DNA from: an uncultured Bacteroidales bacterium | GTDB lineage: Bacteria > Bacteroidota > Bacteroidia > Bacteroidales > UBA10428 | Reading direction: 5' to 3' | Assembly (NCBI GenBank): GCA_964406315.1 | Contig: CAYORG010000002.1 | Span: forward strand, 11,286 to 75,285 | Length of the DNA stretch: 64,000 nt | In this document: piece by piece, positions 20,377-29,265 of the stretch | Position numbering within the stretch: the stretch's first letter is position 1 | How the letters are laid out: every line of letters starts with the position of its first letter | The notes under the pieces: model-generated | Seen by the model: only the letters and a program-made list of their open reading frames with translations | What the model was told of the DNA's origin: nothing | Databases searched by the model: none | Translations under genes and position numbers: made by a program

Positions 20377-20952
20377 ATGTTAAATATTGTTTTATTTGGC
20401 CCCCCCGGGGCAGGAAAAGGTACTCAGGCTGCCAAAATTCTTAAAAAATATCAATTGATCCATCTTTCAACAGGAGATATCTTACGATCGGAACTTGCAT
20501 CACAAACAACACTCGGACTGGAAGCAAAAAAATACATGGACAAAGGGGAACTGGTACCTGATTCGGTAGTTATCGGGATGATTGAGAATAAAATTGACAG
20601 CAATGCAGGTGCAAAAGGATTTATTTTTGATGGCTTTCCAAGAACGACTGCTCAGGCTGAGGCTTTGGATGAAATGCTTGAAAAAAAAGGCGTTCCAATT
20701 ACCATGATGCTGGCCCTGGAAGTTGAAAAGGAAGAATTGATCAAACGTCTTTTGCTGCGGGGAAAAGAATCAGGACGTGCAGACGACCAGGACAGATCCA
20801 TTATTGAGAACAGGATCAAAGTATATAACAATGAAACTGCTCCTGTACAGGGATTTTATGAAGTCCAGGGAAAATATGAAGGAATACAGGGAATGGGTAG
20901 CATCGATGATATTTTTCACAGGCTAAGCACTGCTATTGATTCAAAGAAATAA
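20377..20952 (+). CDS. adk: Adenylate kinase
   Basis: GPPGAGKGTQA P-loop, LSTGDILR and DGFPRT. Confidence 0.95.
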   Translation: MLNIVLFGPPGAGKGTQAAKILKKYQLIHLSTGDILRSELASQTTLGLEAKKYMDKGELVPDSVVIGMIENKIDSNAGAKGFIFDGFPRTTAQAEALDEMLEKKGVPITMMLALEVEKEELIKRLLLRGKESGRADDQDRSIIENRIKVYNNETAPVQGFYEVQGKYEGIQGMGSIDDIFHRLSTAIDSKK

Positions 20953-20980
20953 TTGCAATGCCAAATAGTAAACACCAATT

Positions 20981-21150
20981 TAAAAAGATCTTTTGCTTTG
21001 TGAAACTCTGTGTCTGCTTTGCTTTTCTCTGCCTTCGCGGACCATAGTCTGCTTCGGCAGACGAAGGTCTGTGTAACAGCTAATGATAGCTATACTACAA
21101 ACCTGTCTGTGATCCGCGCCATGTGTCTGCGCCGGAATCGGCTTCTCATA
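20981..21150. repeat. GC-enriched, hairpin-rich intergenic element between adk and obg
   Basis: Nested hairpin at 21039-21070: ggacc/ggtct outer stem, gtctgc-ttcg-gcagac inner stem with a UUCG-type loop. A module acagctaatgatagctatactacaaa resembles 27510-27535. Confidence 0.5.
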
Positions 21151-21194
21151 CTATTGTAAACCAGTTAAAATAATTCATTCTTTGCTAAACTAAA

Positions 21195-22184
21195 ATGCCC
21201 GATTCAAATTTCATAGATTGTATAAAAATTTTCTGTCGCTCAGGAAAAGGAGGGTCAGGTTCTGTGCACCTGCGGAGAGAGAAATTTGTACCAAAAGGAG
21301 GTCCTGACGGAGGTAATGGCGGTCGCGGGGGACACATTTACCTGAAAGGCAATTATAATCTATGGACACTGCTTCATTTACGGTATATGAAACATGTATT
21401 TGCCGGAAATGGCGAATCGGGCGGAAAATCAATGAAAACCGGAGCAGACGGTACAAATGTTACCATAGAAGTTCCTCTCGGAACCATCGTACGCAATGAA
21501 GAAGACAATCAAATGATTGCTGAAATCACACAGCATGAGGAGGTGAAAATACTATTAAAAGGAGGACGCGGCGGATTTGGAAATGTGCATTTTAAATCGG
21601 CTACAAATCAGACTCCAAGGTATGCTCAACCGGGAGAAGAAGGCATTGAGGCAAACCTGATATTCGAACTGAAGATACTCGCTGATATTGGATTGGTTGG
21701 ATTTCCGAATGCAGGAAAATCGACATTACTGTCTGTCATATCTCAGGCAAAACCCAAGATTGCTGATTACGAATTCACTACGCTTGAACCAAATATTGGT
21801 ATTGTTCCATACAGAGAGAACAGATCTTTTGTCGTTTCTGATATTCCGGGGATAATTAAAGGTGCATCAGAAGGAAAGGGCCTGGGGCTCAGATTTCTCA
21901 GACACATTGAAAGAAATTCCGTGCTCCTTTTTCTTGTCCCTGCTGATAGCAAAGATATCCATAACGAATACAGAATATTATTAACAGAACTGGAACAATA
22001 TAACCCGGAACTGCTCGACAAGAAACGCATACTGGCAATTACAAAATCAGATCTGCTGGATGATGAACTTATGGCAGAAATTGAAAATGACCTGCCTTCG
22101 GTTCCATACATATTTATTTCTTCCGTAGCACAGTGCAATCTTGATAAATTGAAAGATTTGCTTTGGAATCATCTTATATCTTAA
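21195..22184 (+). CDS. obg: GTPase ObgE/CgtA
   Basis: Glycine-rich Obg fold ([12 protein letters not shown]), G1 GFPNAGKST and G3 DIPG. Confidence 0.95.
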   Translation: MPDSNFIDCIKIFCRSGKGGSGSVHLRREKFVPKGGPDGGNGGRGGHIYLKGNYNLWTLLHLRYMKHVFAGNGESGGKSMKTGADGTNVTIEVPLGTIVRNEEDNQMIAEITQHEEVKILLKGGRGGFGNVHFKSATNQTPRYAQPGEEGIEANLIFELKILADIGLVGFPNAGKSTLLSVISQAKPKIADYEFTTLEPNIGIVPYRENRSFVVSDIPGIIKGASEGKGLGLRFLRHIERNSVLLFLVPADSKDIHNEYRILLTELEQYNPELLDKKRILAITKSDLLDDELMAEIENDLPSVPYIFISSVAQCNLDKLKDLLWNHLIS

Positions 22185-22187
22185 CAT

Positions 22188-22787
22188 ATGTTGGATCAAC
22201 TGCTGAAACTGGATACTCATTTATTCTTATGGCTTAACAGCCATCATTCTCCTTTCTGGGATGATGTCATGTGGTTCATCTCGGGAAAAATAGAATGGCT
22301 CCCTTTGTATTTGGTGCTGATCGCTTTTATTATATATCGATTTCGCTGGAAAAGCATAACAATTCTGATTGCTGTAATACTTACCATTGCTCTGGCAGAT
22401 CAACTGGCTGTTAAAGCCTTTAAGGAGGTATTTGAGAGATTACGGCCAACGCATAATCCTGAAATTCAACATTTGGTACATATAGTAAATGATTACAGGG
22501 GCGGAAGTTATGGTTTTGTTTCCAATCATGCTGCAAATAGCTTTTCATTAGCCATGTTTATCAGTTTGCTGTTTAAAAATCGCTATGTTACCATTTCAAT
22601 TTTTTTCTGGGCTTTGCTCGTTTCTTACAGCAGAATCTATCTTGGCGTTCATTATCCGGGGGATATACTTGGAGGAGCAGTTTTGGGAATGGGGATCGGC
22701 TGTATGATTTTTTTCGGATATACAAAATTATCAGAACGATTCATGAACGGATCATTGTGCTTCGGTACCACCAAGGTATCAAAATAA
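22188..22787 (+). CDS. PAP2 family phosphatase (undecaprenyl-diphosphatase-like)
   Basis: KxxxxxxRP (KEVFERLRP), SNH and SRIYLGVHYPGD acid phosphatase motifs, plus multiple TM segments. Confidence 0.85.
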   Translation: MLDQLLKLDTHLFLWLNSHHSPFWDDVMWFISGKIEWLPLYLVLIAFIIYRFRWKSITILIAVILTIALADQLAVKAFKEVFERLRPTHNPEIQHLVHIVNDYRGGSYGFVSNHAANSFSLAMFISLLFKNRYVTISIFFWALLVSYSRIYLGVHYPGDILGGAVLGMGIGCMIFFGYTKLSERFMNGSLCFGTTKVSK

Positions 22788-22842
22788 CTTAAGTTAGTTC
22801 AACTTACAGTTTTCAGCTCACTTTGTTCCTGGAAGCTGAGTA

Positions 22843-22925
22843 TTATCCCGATACGCTTCGCTATCGGGATTCGTTCAACTTACATATTTCATTTCACTAC
22901 GTTCATGAAATATGAGTTTCACGAA
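22843..22925 (+). repeat. 83-nt two-hairpin repeat module, copy 1 (the second copy is at 53115-53197)
   Basis: Hairpin 1 is atcccgata/tatcgggat. Then comes the conserved spacer tcgttcaacttaca. Hairpin 2 is catatttcat/atgaaatatg, followed by agtttcacgaa. By hand alignment about 72 of 83 positions match copy 2. Confidence 0.7.
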
Positions 22926-23077
22926 AAAAAAGAAGGCTGTAAATGGTTGACCGCCATTCATCACAGCCTTCATACTGCCAATAAAACTCAAAAAATTTTA
23001 TTCAAAGCAACAACAGATTTTTTTGTTGGCAATAATAAAGGGCTTAGGCTGAATTTAGAAGGCCGAAATTGCTTATT

Positions 23078-23108
23078 TAGGGGTAAAAAATTAAATATAG
23101 GGGTGAAA
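23078..23108 (+). promoter_or_regulatory. Direct repeats TAGGGGT(A/G)AAA with 20-nt periodicity upstream of the LytTR gene, a candidate regulator binding site
   Basis: taggggtaaaa starts at 23078 and taggggtgaaa at 23098, about 55-85 nt upstream of the candidate -7 box. Confidence 0.25.
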
Positions 23109-23160
23109 TTTTTAATTTAACCTGTTTAAAGTCTATTTATTAAAATGTCATTTTAATTCC

Positions 23161-23168
23161 TACATTTG
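23161..23168 (+). promoter_or_regulatory. Candidate -7 promoter box (TACATTTG) for the LytTR gene
   Basis: TAnnTTTG match 23 nt upstream of the ATG at 23191. Confidence 0.35.
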
Positions 23169-23190
23169 TCTCCATACCTTAATTAACATC

Positions 23191-24072
23191 ATGGACTTAA
23201 GCCATAAATTACCTGAATATCAGACAGAAAAAAGAAATATTATCCGATTGATATTCTTTACTGCTGCTTTTGCCCTTATTTTTATTAATATATATTCTCC
23301 GTTTGAATTAAGTTCCTGGATCACTACGGAAGCACCCAGCTGGTTAAAAATCGGGGACCTGAATCTATTGCTTTTCATCTCTTCCAGTTTTATAATTCTT
23401 ACAGGTGTTCTGGTCGTTGTGATCAGCAGGATCATTATGTACCAGGTTACGAAAAGAAGAGGAAGAATCACAATTGCCCAATTTCTTGTTTGGATTGCTG
23501 TGGAAATTGTTAGCATGGCTATGTTTTATGCGCTTTATGAAAAGTTATTTCTTAGTGATCCACGATCCTTTTTTGATGCTTATAAAGTTTCTATTCAAAA
23601 TACTGCCCTGGTTCTTTTGTTTCCCTATTCCATATTGTGGCTGTATTTTTCATGGATTGACAAGAACAAGCAATTGCAGAAACTTATAGATTCAGGTGAA
23701 ATGGCTTTTGATTCGATGAATATGGTTACTTTCCGCGACGAAAAAGGAACTATGCGTCTGTCGATTAAACTGGCTGATTTGTTGTTTCTCCAAGCCTCCG
23801 ACAATTATGTGACCATCGTTTACAATCACCAGGAAAAACAGGCCAAGTATCTTCTTCGTTCATCTCTTAAAATAATCCAGGAAGAATTGAAACACCTGCC
23901 TCTTATTCGATGTCACCGTTCCTACATGGTAAATTTCGAAAAAGTGAAAATCATACGTCGCGAAAAAGACGGATTGAAACTGGAACTGGAAACTCCGGTA
24001 CCAACTGAAATACCGGTTTCCAAAACCTATGTTGAGGAAGTCTTTAAGGCTTTCGGTGAAAACATACATTAG
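23191..24072 (+). CDS. Membrane-anchored LytTR family DNA-binding protein
   Basis: About 4 N-terminal TM segments, then a LytTR domain (FLQASDNYVTIVY...RCHRSYMVNFEKV). Confidence 0.8.
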   Translation: MDLSHKLPEYQTEKRNIIRLIFFTAAFALIFINIYSPFELSSWITTEAPSWLKIGDLNLLLFISSSFIILTGVLVVVISRIIMYQVTKRRGRITIAQFLVWIAVEIVSMAMFYALYEKLFLSDPRSFFDAYKVSIQNTALVLLFPYSILWLYFSWIDKNKQLQKLIDSGEMAFDSMNMVTFRDEKGTMRLSIKLADLLFLQASDNYVTIVYNHQEKQAKYLLRSSLKIIQEELKHLPLIRCHRSYMVNFEKVKIIRREKDGLKLELETPVPTEIPVSKTYVEEVFKAFGENIH

Positions 24073-24277
24073 ATTGCGGATTGCGGATTTTGGAATGTTT
24101 ATCAAAATGTTAACACCAATACGATACTATTTAGATTAAGAATTCGATACATAACTTAAGATGACCAAAGCAGAACTGCACAGACAAACAGTCCGAAATC
24201 AACCACCCAATCCGCAACCGATCCCGATTTTATCGGGAGAGCTCAGCGAAGCTAATCACAAATCCGAATTCCGCAAT
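24073..24277. repeat. About 205-nt intergenic element bounded by 18-nt imperfect terminal inverted repeats (MITE-like or a long stem)
   Basis: attgcggattgcggattt (24073-24090) against aaatccgaattccgcaat (24260-24277), 16/18 complementary. There is an internal hairpin tcccgat-ttt-atcggga. Confidence 0.5.
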
Positions 24278-24288
24278 AAGATAAGCCT

Positions 24289-25032
24289 ATGTCTGCTAAA
24301 ACAAATATACTAAATGAACAAATCCACGTCACTTCTGCTGATGCGGATTTTACAAAAACACTAAGGCCAGGTGCGCTGATCAATATGCTCATCCAGATCG
24401 CCTGGCATCATGCCAATATCCTGGATTTCGGCACCGATCTTCTGCACAAAGAAAACCTGGTATGGGTGCTCTCACGAATTCACGTAAAAATAGATTATTT
24501 TCCTTTCTGGAATGAAGAATTGTTTTTTTCAACCTGGCCGAAAGGCATCAAAAGACTTTTTTACCTGAGAGATTTTGAAGTCTGCGATTCACAAAACAAT
24601 ATAGTTGCCAGAGCTACTTCAGAATGGCTGCTGATAGACAGTAAATCAAAAAGACCGAAACTAATTCATCCTGAAAACAATATATTTCAACAGAATAAAG
24701 ACAAACACGCATTAACAAATGAAGTGCCGGTACTGGAAACCATTGATCCGGAAACGAACCGGTTCTCAAATACAGTAAAATACAGTGATCTTGATCTGAA
24801 TCGGCACCTCACTACCACCCGTTATATTGACTGGATGACGGATACCTTTGATATTGAATTTCTCAGGAAACACAAATGCAAAGAGATCGTGGCTAATTTT
24901 CTCCGCGAGATCCCATATAACGAAACAGTGGATATTCTCCGGTCAGAAAGTAAGGATGCAACACATTATAATTTTGCTTTCAGAAAACCACAGGAAAGCA
25001 AAGACTTCTTCAGGGGAAAATTGTGTTTTTAA
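24289..25032 (+). CDS. Acyl-ACP thioesterase
   Basis: 247 aa with the double hotdog pattern typical of FatA/B-like bacterial acyl-ACP thioesterases (VWVLSRIHVKI..., DLDLNRHLTTTRYIDW). Confidence 0.8.
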   Translation: MSAKTNILNEQIHVTSADADFTKTLRPGALINMLIQIAWHHANILDFGTDLLHKENLVWVLSRIHVKIDYFPFWNEELFFSTWPKGIKRLFYLRDFEVCDSQNNIVARATSEWLLIDSKSKRPKLIHPENNIFQQNKDKHALTNEVPVLETIDPETNRFSNTVKYSDLDLNRHLTTTRYIDWMTDTFDIEFLRKHKCKEIVANFLREIPYNETVDILRSESKDATHYNFAFRKPQESKDFFRGKLCF

Positions 25033-25290
25033 AAGTAAAAAGAATTTTTAAAAAATCGCATTTTTATACTTCTTTCATATTGAGCGTTCGCCTGCCATTC
25101 TTTGGAGGGTGGCTTCAACAATTCATGCTTTTCCATTACGCACCATACAATGCCATATCGCTGATTAATGTTTACAGATGGTGCGTTTTTTGTTGAATCA
25201 TTTTTACCGTGGGTTTCACCCACGGCTATTGATATTAAAGCCCTTTGGGCTTTTGTTCCTCGCTTAGCAAGCAAAGAGAATAACAAGTAA

Positions 25291-25318
25291 AAAGACACCT
25301 TAAGAAAGGTGCCTTTTC
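25291..25318. terminator. Possible bidirectional terminator hairpin between convergent genes
   Basis: gacacctt-aaga-aaggtgcc imperfect stem flanked by A-rich sequence on one side and T-rich on the other. Confidence 0.35.
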
Positions 25319-25345
25319 ATTCTAATTTATCTTATTTAAGTCTGT

Positions 25346-27325
25346 TTACTGCACAACCAGCCTCTGAGTATATGTTTTCCGGTTATTATTCCCTGTATGT
25401 ACAGTGACAAAATACAAACCGGAATTCAGATAACTTACATCCAATGAAATCTCATTTTGTCCGGCAGGTATTGATCCGAAATTCTTTTCCAACACTTTTT
25501 GTCCGTTAGCTGTAAAAATCTCTATGTTCAAATGCGAAGCCTGCAAATCAAAACAGATACTTATTTCATCAAGGCAGGGATTCGGGTAAACCGAGAACCT
25601 TTCGGAAACCTCAGCATCCCTGAAGCTGTTTATGCCTTCCCAGATCTTTACCAGTTCAATACCATTCCCTGTACCCAGATTACGTGAATATTGCATGCTG
25701 GTGGTATTGTTCCAGTGCTCGTGAACCCCCAGGCTGGGAATCGGAGATCCTGTCTGATCGGGATCATAGGTGATGCCATCGGGCCACCAGTCAGAACTAG
25801 CTGCCTGATGCAGGTAGTCGTCAACACCATCATATTGAACAAAAGTCCATCGATCGGGATACGGATCATCCCAGTCAGGATCATCATCTGCTGTTTCAAT
25901 TGTAAATTCTTTTTGCAGAATATCCAGGCATACGGATTCAATAGCTACAGGATCTAAAGAAAACAAAACTGAAGAAGACCAATCGTTGTTCCAGGGATAG
26001 GATTGAAATTTCTGTGGCATCTGATGTTCATATGACGTAGACCATAGTGCATCCATAAAATATAACAGGGTCTTTCCTCCCATGTATTGACTGCCCATGA
26101 TATCAACCAGAACCCTGTACATGTTATATTCATCACGCAATGGATCATTATCCGGTTTCATTAATCCTTTATGCAGTTCCCATGAATGGCCGGCAGTATT
26201 TGATCCGAAATGATTTTTTGCAAAATATGTGGTGCCTGCCCACCGGTGTCCTTTCATAGTGGGAATATTCAGCAAATAGTCCGCCTCCATCATTTCAACA
26301 TACAGCTTATGACTGTTCAGCTCGGTTATCACGGTACCTCCATCGGAATAGGTGATTCCTGTTTGTGCACTTGCTGTTAAATTGTACCGGTTATTCAATC
26401 CCCAGGAAGTAACGTATTTGACATTGGGGAATTCCCCGTGCAACACATTATAAATATGATTGTAAATATCACACATCGGATCGCCCACGTAAATATTTGC
26501 CTGAGGCACTCCCGCTTCGTTTACCAGTTGCCTTAACATAGCAAGAATAGTCTGAGGGGAAGTATCATACTCGATGTTTCCCCAAAAATCTCCGCTTACC
26601 GGTGCACCACCGTGTGCCGTAACTGCATTGATCTTGATAAATATAGTCTCACTATCATCGTATCCGACATCCCCTTTCCCGTGGTGGTTGTTAAAATACC
26701 GGAAAATAGCATCCCACGCATTGGCATGTGTTTCTTCACCTGTTAATGAAAGCAGTCCATCTGAAAACATCTGATCAACTAAAGCCTGGCTGCAGTTTTT
26801 ATCCAGCCAGTAAGCATCGTCATTGTCTTCGTTGGTACAGTTTTCGTTGGTTGCATTTTCATTGTAGACCCAGACAACCCTTCCGGGAAAAATTCCCTTT
26901 GCCTCGCCAATAGGAACATTCGGCCCCAAAGGATCGGAAAATTTTTCCGTTACCGGACTGTAAGCTTCTGCACGTGATGTATTGTTTATTATAGTCAGTG
27001 TGCCCAGTGCAGCCACGATAATAAGTACAGATGCGGCATACCAGAATTGCCTTGTCCTGATCTTGTTCATCGCTTTCCTGAAAAATACCACCGATCCTGC
27101 CAGCGAAAACAGGTAAATGACAAAGGAAGATGCAATGGGAGCGGTTGCCTTCATACAGGGGTACGTTGCCCTGCTGGGTTTCGGTATTACACGGATCAGA
27201 AACCAGATCAACGATGCAATGCCTGTAATAATAAAGAGGATCTTAAACAGAATTCCGGGTTTTTTCAAACCCTCTGCCAATCGTTTATTATCGCGATTTT
27301 GTGTGAAAATAGTTGTGGATTTCAT
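25346..27325 (-). CDS. DUF362-like secreted protein with a T9SS C-terminal sorting domain
   Basis: The C-terminal ~80 aa (VYPNPCLDEISICF...GLYFVTVHTG...QRLVVQ) matches the Por secretion tail pattern. The central region has a DUF362-like IPTMKGHRWAGTTYFAKNHFGS. An alternative start at 27070 (MNKIRTRQF...) would give a classical signal peptide. Confidence 0.7.
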   Translation of the reverse strand: MKSTTIFTQNRDNKRLAEGLKKPGILFKILFIITGIASLIWFLIRVIPKPSRATYPCMKATAPIASSFVIYLFSLAGSVVFFRKAMNKIRTRQFWYAASVLIIVAALGTLTIINNTSRAEAYSPVTEKFSDPLGPNVPIGEAKGIFPGRVVWVYNENATNENCTNEDNDDAYWLDKNCSQALVDQMFSDGLLSLTGEETHANAWDAIFRYFNNHHGKGDVGYDDSETIFIKINAVTAHGGAPVSGDFWGNIEYDTSPQTILAMLRQLVNEAGVPQANIYVGDPMCDIYNHIYNVLHGEFPNVKYVTSWGLNNRYNLTASAQTGITYSDGGTVITELNSHKLYVEMMEADYLLNIPTMKGHRWAGTTYFAKNHFGSNTAGHSWELHKGLMKPDNDPLRDEYNMYRVLVDIMGSQYMGGKTLLYFMDALWSTSYEHQMPQKFQSYPWNNDWSSSVLFSLDPVAIESVCLDILQKEFTIETADDDPDWDDPYPDRWTFVQYDGVDDYLHQAASSDWWPDGITYDPDQTGSPIPSLGVHEHWNNTTSMQYSRNLGTGNGIELVKIWEGINSFRDAEVSERFSVYPNPCLDEISICFDLQASHLNIEIFTANGQKVLEKNFGSIPAGQNEISLDVSYLNSGLYFVTVHTGNNNRKTYTQRLVVQ

Positions 27326-27460
27326 AGCGCTGTTTTTTCTCTACCTTAATTGTTATGGATTACTAATATAGTAAATGATATCCTGAAGTTACTGGAATCG
27401 GTCCAATTTAAAAAAATTAATGGGGCTGTTTAAAAAGCAAATAATACTTCATAAAAATAA

Positions 27461-27570
27461 TTAATATTACTTTGTGTAACTTAGCGTCTTCTTTGTGAAT
27501 CGCTGTTTTACAGCAATATAAGCTATACCGCAAAGTTGCACAAAGTAAACACAAAGCCACACAAAGACTT
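27461..27570. repeat. Imperfect long palindrome built from ctttgtg / cacaaag units
   Basis: The left side carries ctttgtgtaac and ctttgtgaatc. The right side carries cacaaag three times at roughly 10-nt spacing, plus a degenerate gcaaag. The centre is related to the adk-obg element. Confidence 0.5.
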
Positions 27571-27620
27571 TTTAGACAGCCCCTCAAAATCATCAGAATG
27601 ATCTATTCTCCTATTTTTTA

Positions 27621-28121
27621 TTAAATGGGAACCTGAAATTCAACTTTGTCAAGCCAGAAAGAACCTTCGGCAACTTTGCCTTCCAATCCGGCATTAATAA
27701 ATATCAGGACTTTTGCAATTCGGTTCAGATCTATCTCATCAGAGCGGCTGGTGGTAGATCCAAGGTGATCTGTCAAGTCAAAAGTATACGTCTGCAAGGT
27801 GTTATCCTTTATAATCTCTTCTTCGGAAAGGATCATCGGATCTATATCATTCCGATGACCAAACTGATCTTCAAGCATGATCATCAGGCTGAGTGAATTT
27901 GAGTTCTCATTGGCAATGATCTCTATTGAAAAAAGAGTATTCCCTGACAGGTTGTGTACATTGTTGAATTCAAATTCAATGTGAGGCATCTCCATGGGAT
28001 TGTTCACACTATAGTCGATCCGTGTTAGTCCACCATGAACGGATATTCCCGGATCATCCTTTTTACAGGATGTAATCAGGATAAAACACACCAATACAAG
28101 TATTTTCAGACTATTCTTCAT
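27621..28121 (-). CDS. Small lipoprotein, last gene of the PUL (possible glycan-binding accessory)
   Basis: Lipobox LITSC followed by KKDD. It overlaps the GH16 stop by 11 nt. Confidence 0.55.
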   Translation of the reverse strand: MKNSLKILVLVCFILITSCKKDDPGISVHGGLTRIDYSVNNPMEMPHIEFEFNNVHNLSGNTLFSIEIIANENSNSLSLMIMLEDQFGHRNDIDPMILSEEEIIKDNTLQTYTFDLTDHLGSTTSRSDEIDLNRIAKVLIFINAGLEGKVAEGSFWLDKVEFQVPI

Positions 28122-29253
28122 AATTCATTTCAATTGTATTGCCATTTCCTTCATTGATCTTCCATGTCCCGATCTCGTTTTCATCTCCCCGGATAATTAA
28201 TGAATTTCCGGGTGTTGAGATCACCCTTACATCGTAAGTACTGGTATATGACACAGAATTATACGTTTGAACTACCGAAATCGTTCCGGCAACCTCCCCC
28301 CAGGTAACTGTAACTTCAGAAGTACCCTGACCATCCGTAACGGTAACTCCCTCGGGAAATAACCACTGGTATTCTGCCCCGGGAAATTCAGCAATGGAAT
28401 AAGTAATGTTGTCCTCAAATGCATCTACCTGTGACGGACCGTTGATTTGATGCTGCTGAAATTTCTGGTACACCCGCACATAGTCCACCTCCAGTGTCTG
28501 AGGAAAGATCTCGTCATCAATGCCTTTAATACCTCCCCAGTTACCTCCTATGGCTATATTCAGGAGCAAATGAAAGCGTTTGTCGTATGGCCAGCGTTCA
28601 TATCCCGTATGGTAGTTCGGATAAGAAAAAAATCGTTCTTCGTCTGCAATGAAATGAATGGTGTCTTCTGTCCATTCGATGGCATACACATGGAATGCTT
28701 CATGCACGTCGGGAATATAAATACTTCCTCCCTTTTGCGTGCCATCCATCCCGTTATAGGCTTCCGTATGAATTGTACCATGTACATTCCCCATGTCAAA
28801 CCCCACATGTTCCATAATATCAATCTCTCCGCTTGCAGGCCATCCGCCATATTCCCAATCGGTTGACAGCATCCAGATAGCAGGCCATGTTCCGGTACCA
28901 TAGGGTAGTTTGGCCCTGATCTCAACCCTGGCATACAGCCAGTCACCTTTGTTCCTGGTAGCCAGGCGTGCCGATGTATATTCATTGCTTCCATACGTCT
29001 CTTTCAATGCTGTGATGATCAATTTGCCATCTTCAACCTTAGCATTTTCCAACCTGTTGGTATAATACTGGGCTTCGTTATTCCCCCAGCCGTCGCCCCC
29101 GATGTCAAAACTCCATTTGGAATTGTCAGGTGTTCCTGTATAATCAAATTCTTCTGACCAAACCAGGTGAGTATAGGACCCCTGACCTTTAACAGGTTGT
29201 AATGGAACTAAACCAATCAGTATGCAAAATAATACGAAGTTTATAATTCTCAT
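28111..29253 (-). CDS. Glycoside hydrolase family 16 (laminarinase/beta-glucanase type) with a C-terminal Ig-like domain
   Basis: Catalytic motif GEIDIMEH, WPAIWM and a signal peptide. Confidence 0.9.
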   Translation of the reverse strand: MRIINFVLFCILIGLVPLQPVKGQGSYTHLVWSEEFDYTGTPDNSKWSFDIGGDGWGNNEAQYYTNRLENAKVEDGKLIITALKETYGSNEYTSARLATRNKGDWLYARVEIRAKLPYGTGTWPAIWMLSTDWEYGGWPASGEIDIMEHVGFDMGNVHGTIHTEAYNGMDGTQKGGSIYIPDVHEAFHVYAIEWTEDTIHFIADEERFFSYPNYHTGYERWPYDKRFHLLLNIAIGGNWGGIKGIDDEIFPQTLEVDYVRVYQKFQQHQINGPSQVDAFEDNITYSIAEFPGAEYQWLFPEGVTVTDGQGTSEVTVTWGEVAGTISVVQTYNSVSYTSTYDVRVISTPGNSLIIRGDENEIGTWKINEGNGNTIEMNYEE

Positions 29254-29265
29254 TGATCTGACTCT

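Noticed and set aside
22905-23120. 71-aa ORF between the PAP2 and LytTR genes
   Set aside because: It starts inside hairpin 2 of the 83-nt repeat and runs through hairpins and the direct repeats. Its composition looks non-coding.
25029-25298. 89-aa minus-strand ORF after the acyl-ACP thioesterase gene
   Set aside because: It is made entirely of hairpin-repeat sequence (ccgtgggtttcacccacgg and similar) plus the candidate terminator. This is typical spurious translation of a repeat.
28447-28994. 139-aa (plus strand) and 144-aa (minus strand, alternative frame) ORFs within GH16
   Set aside because: They are nested in the GH16 gene, whose frame carries the catalytic EIDIME motif. The alternative frames show no motifs.
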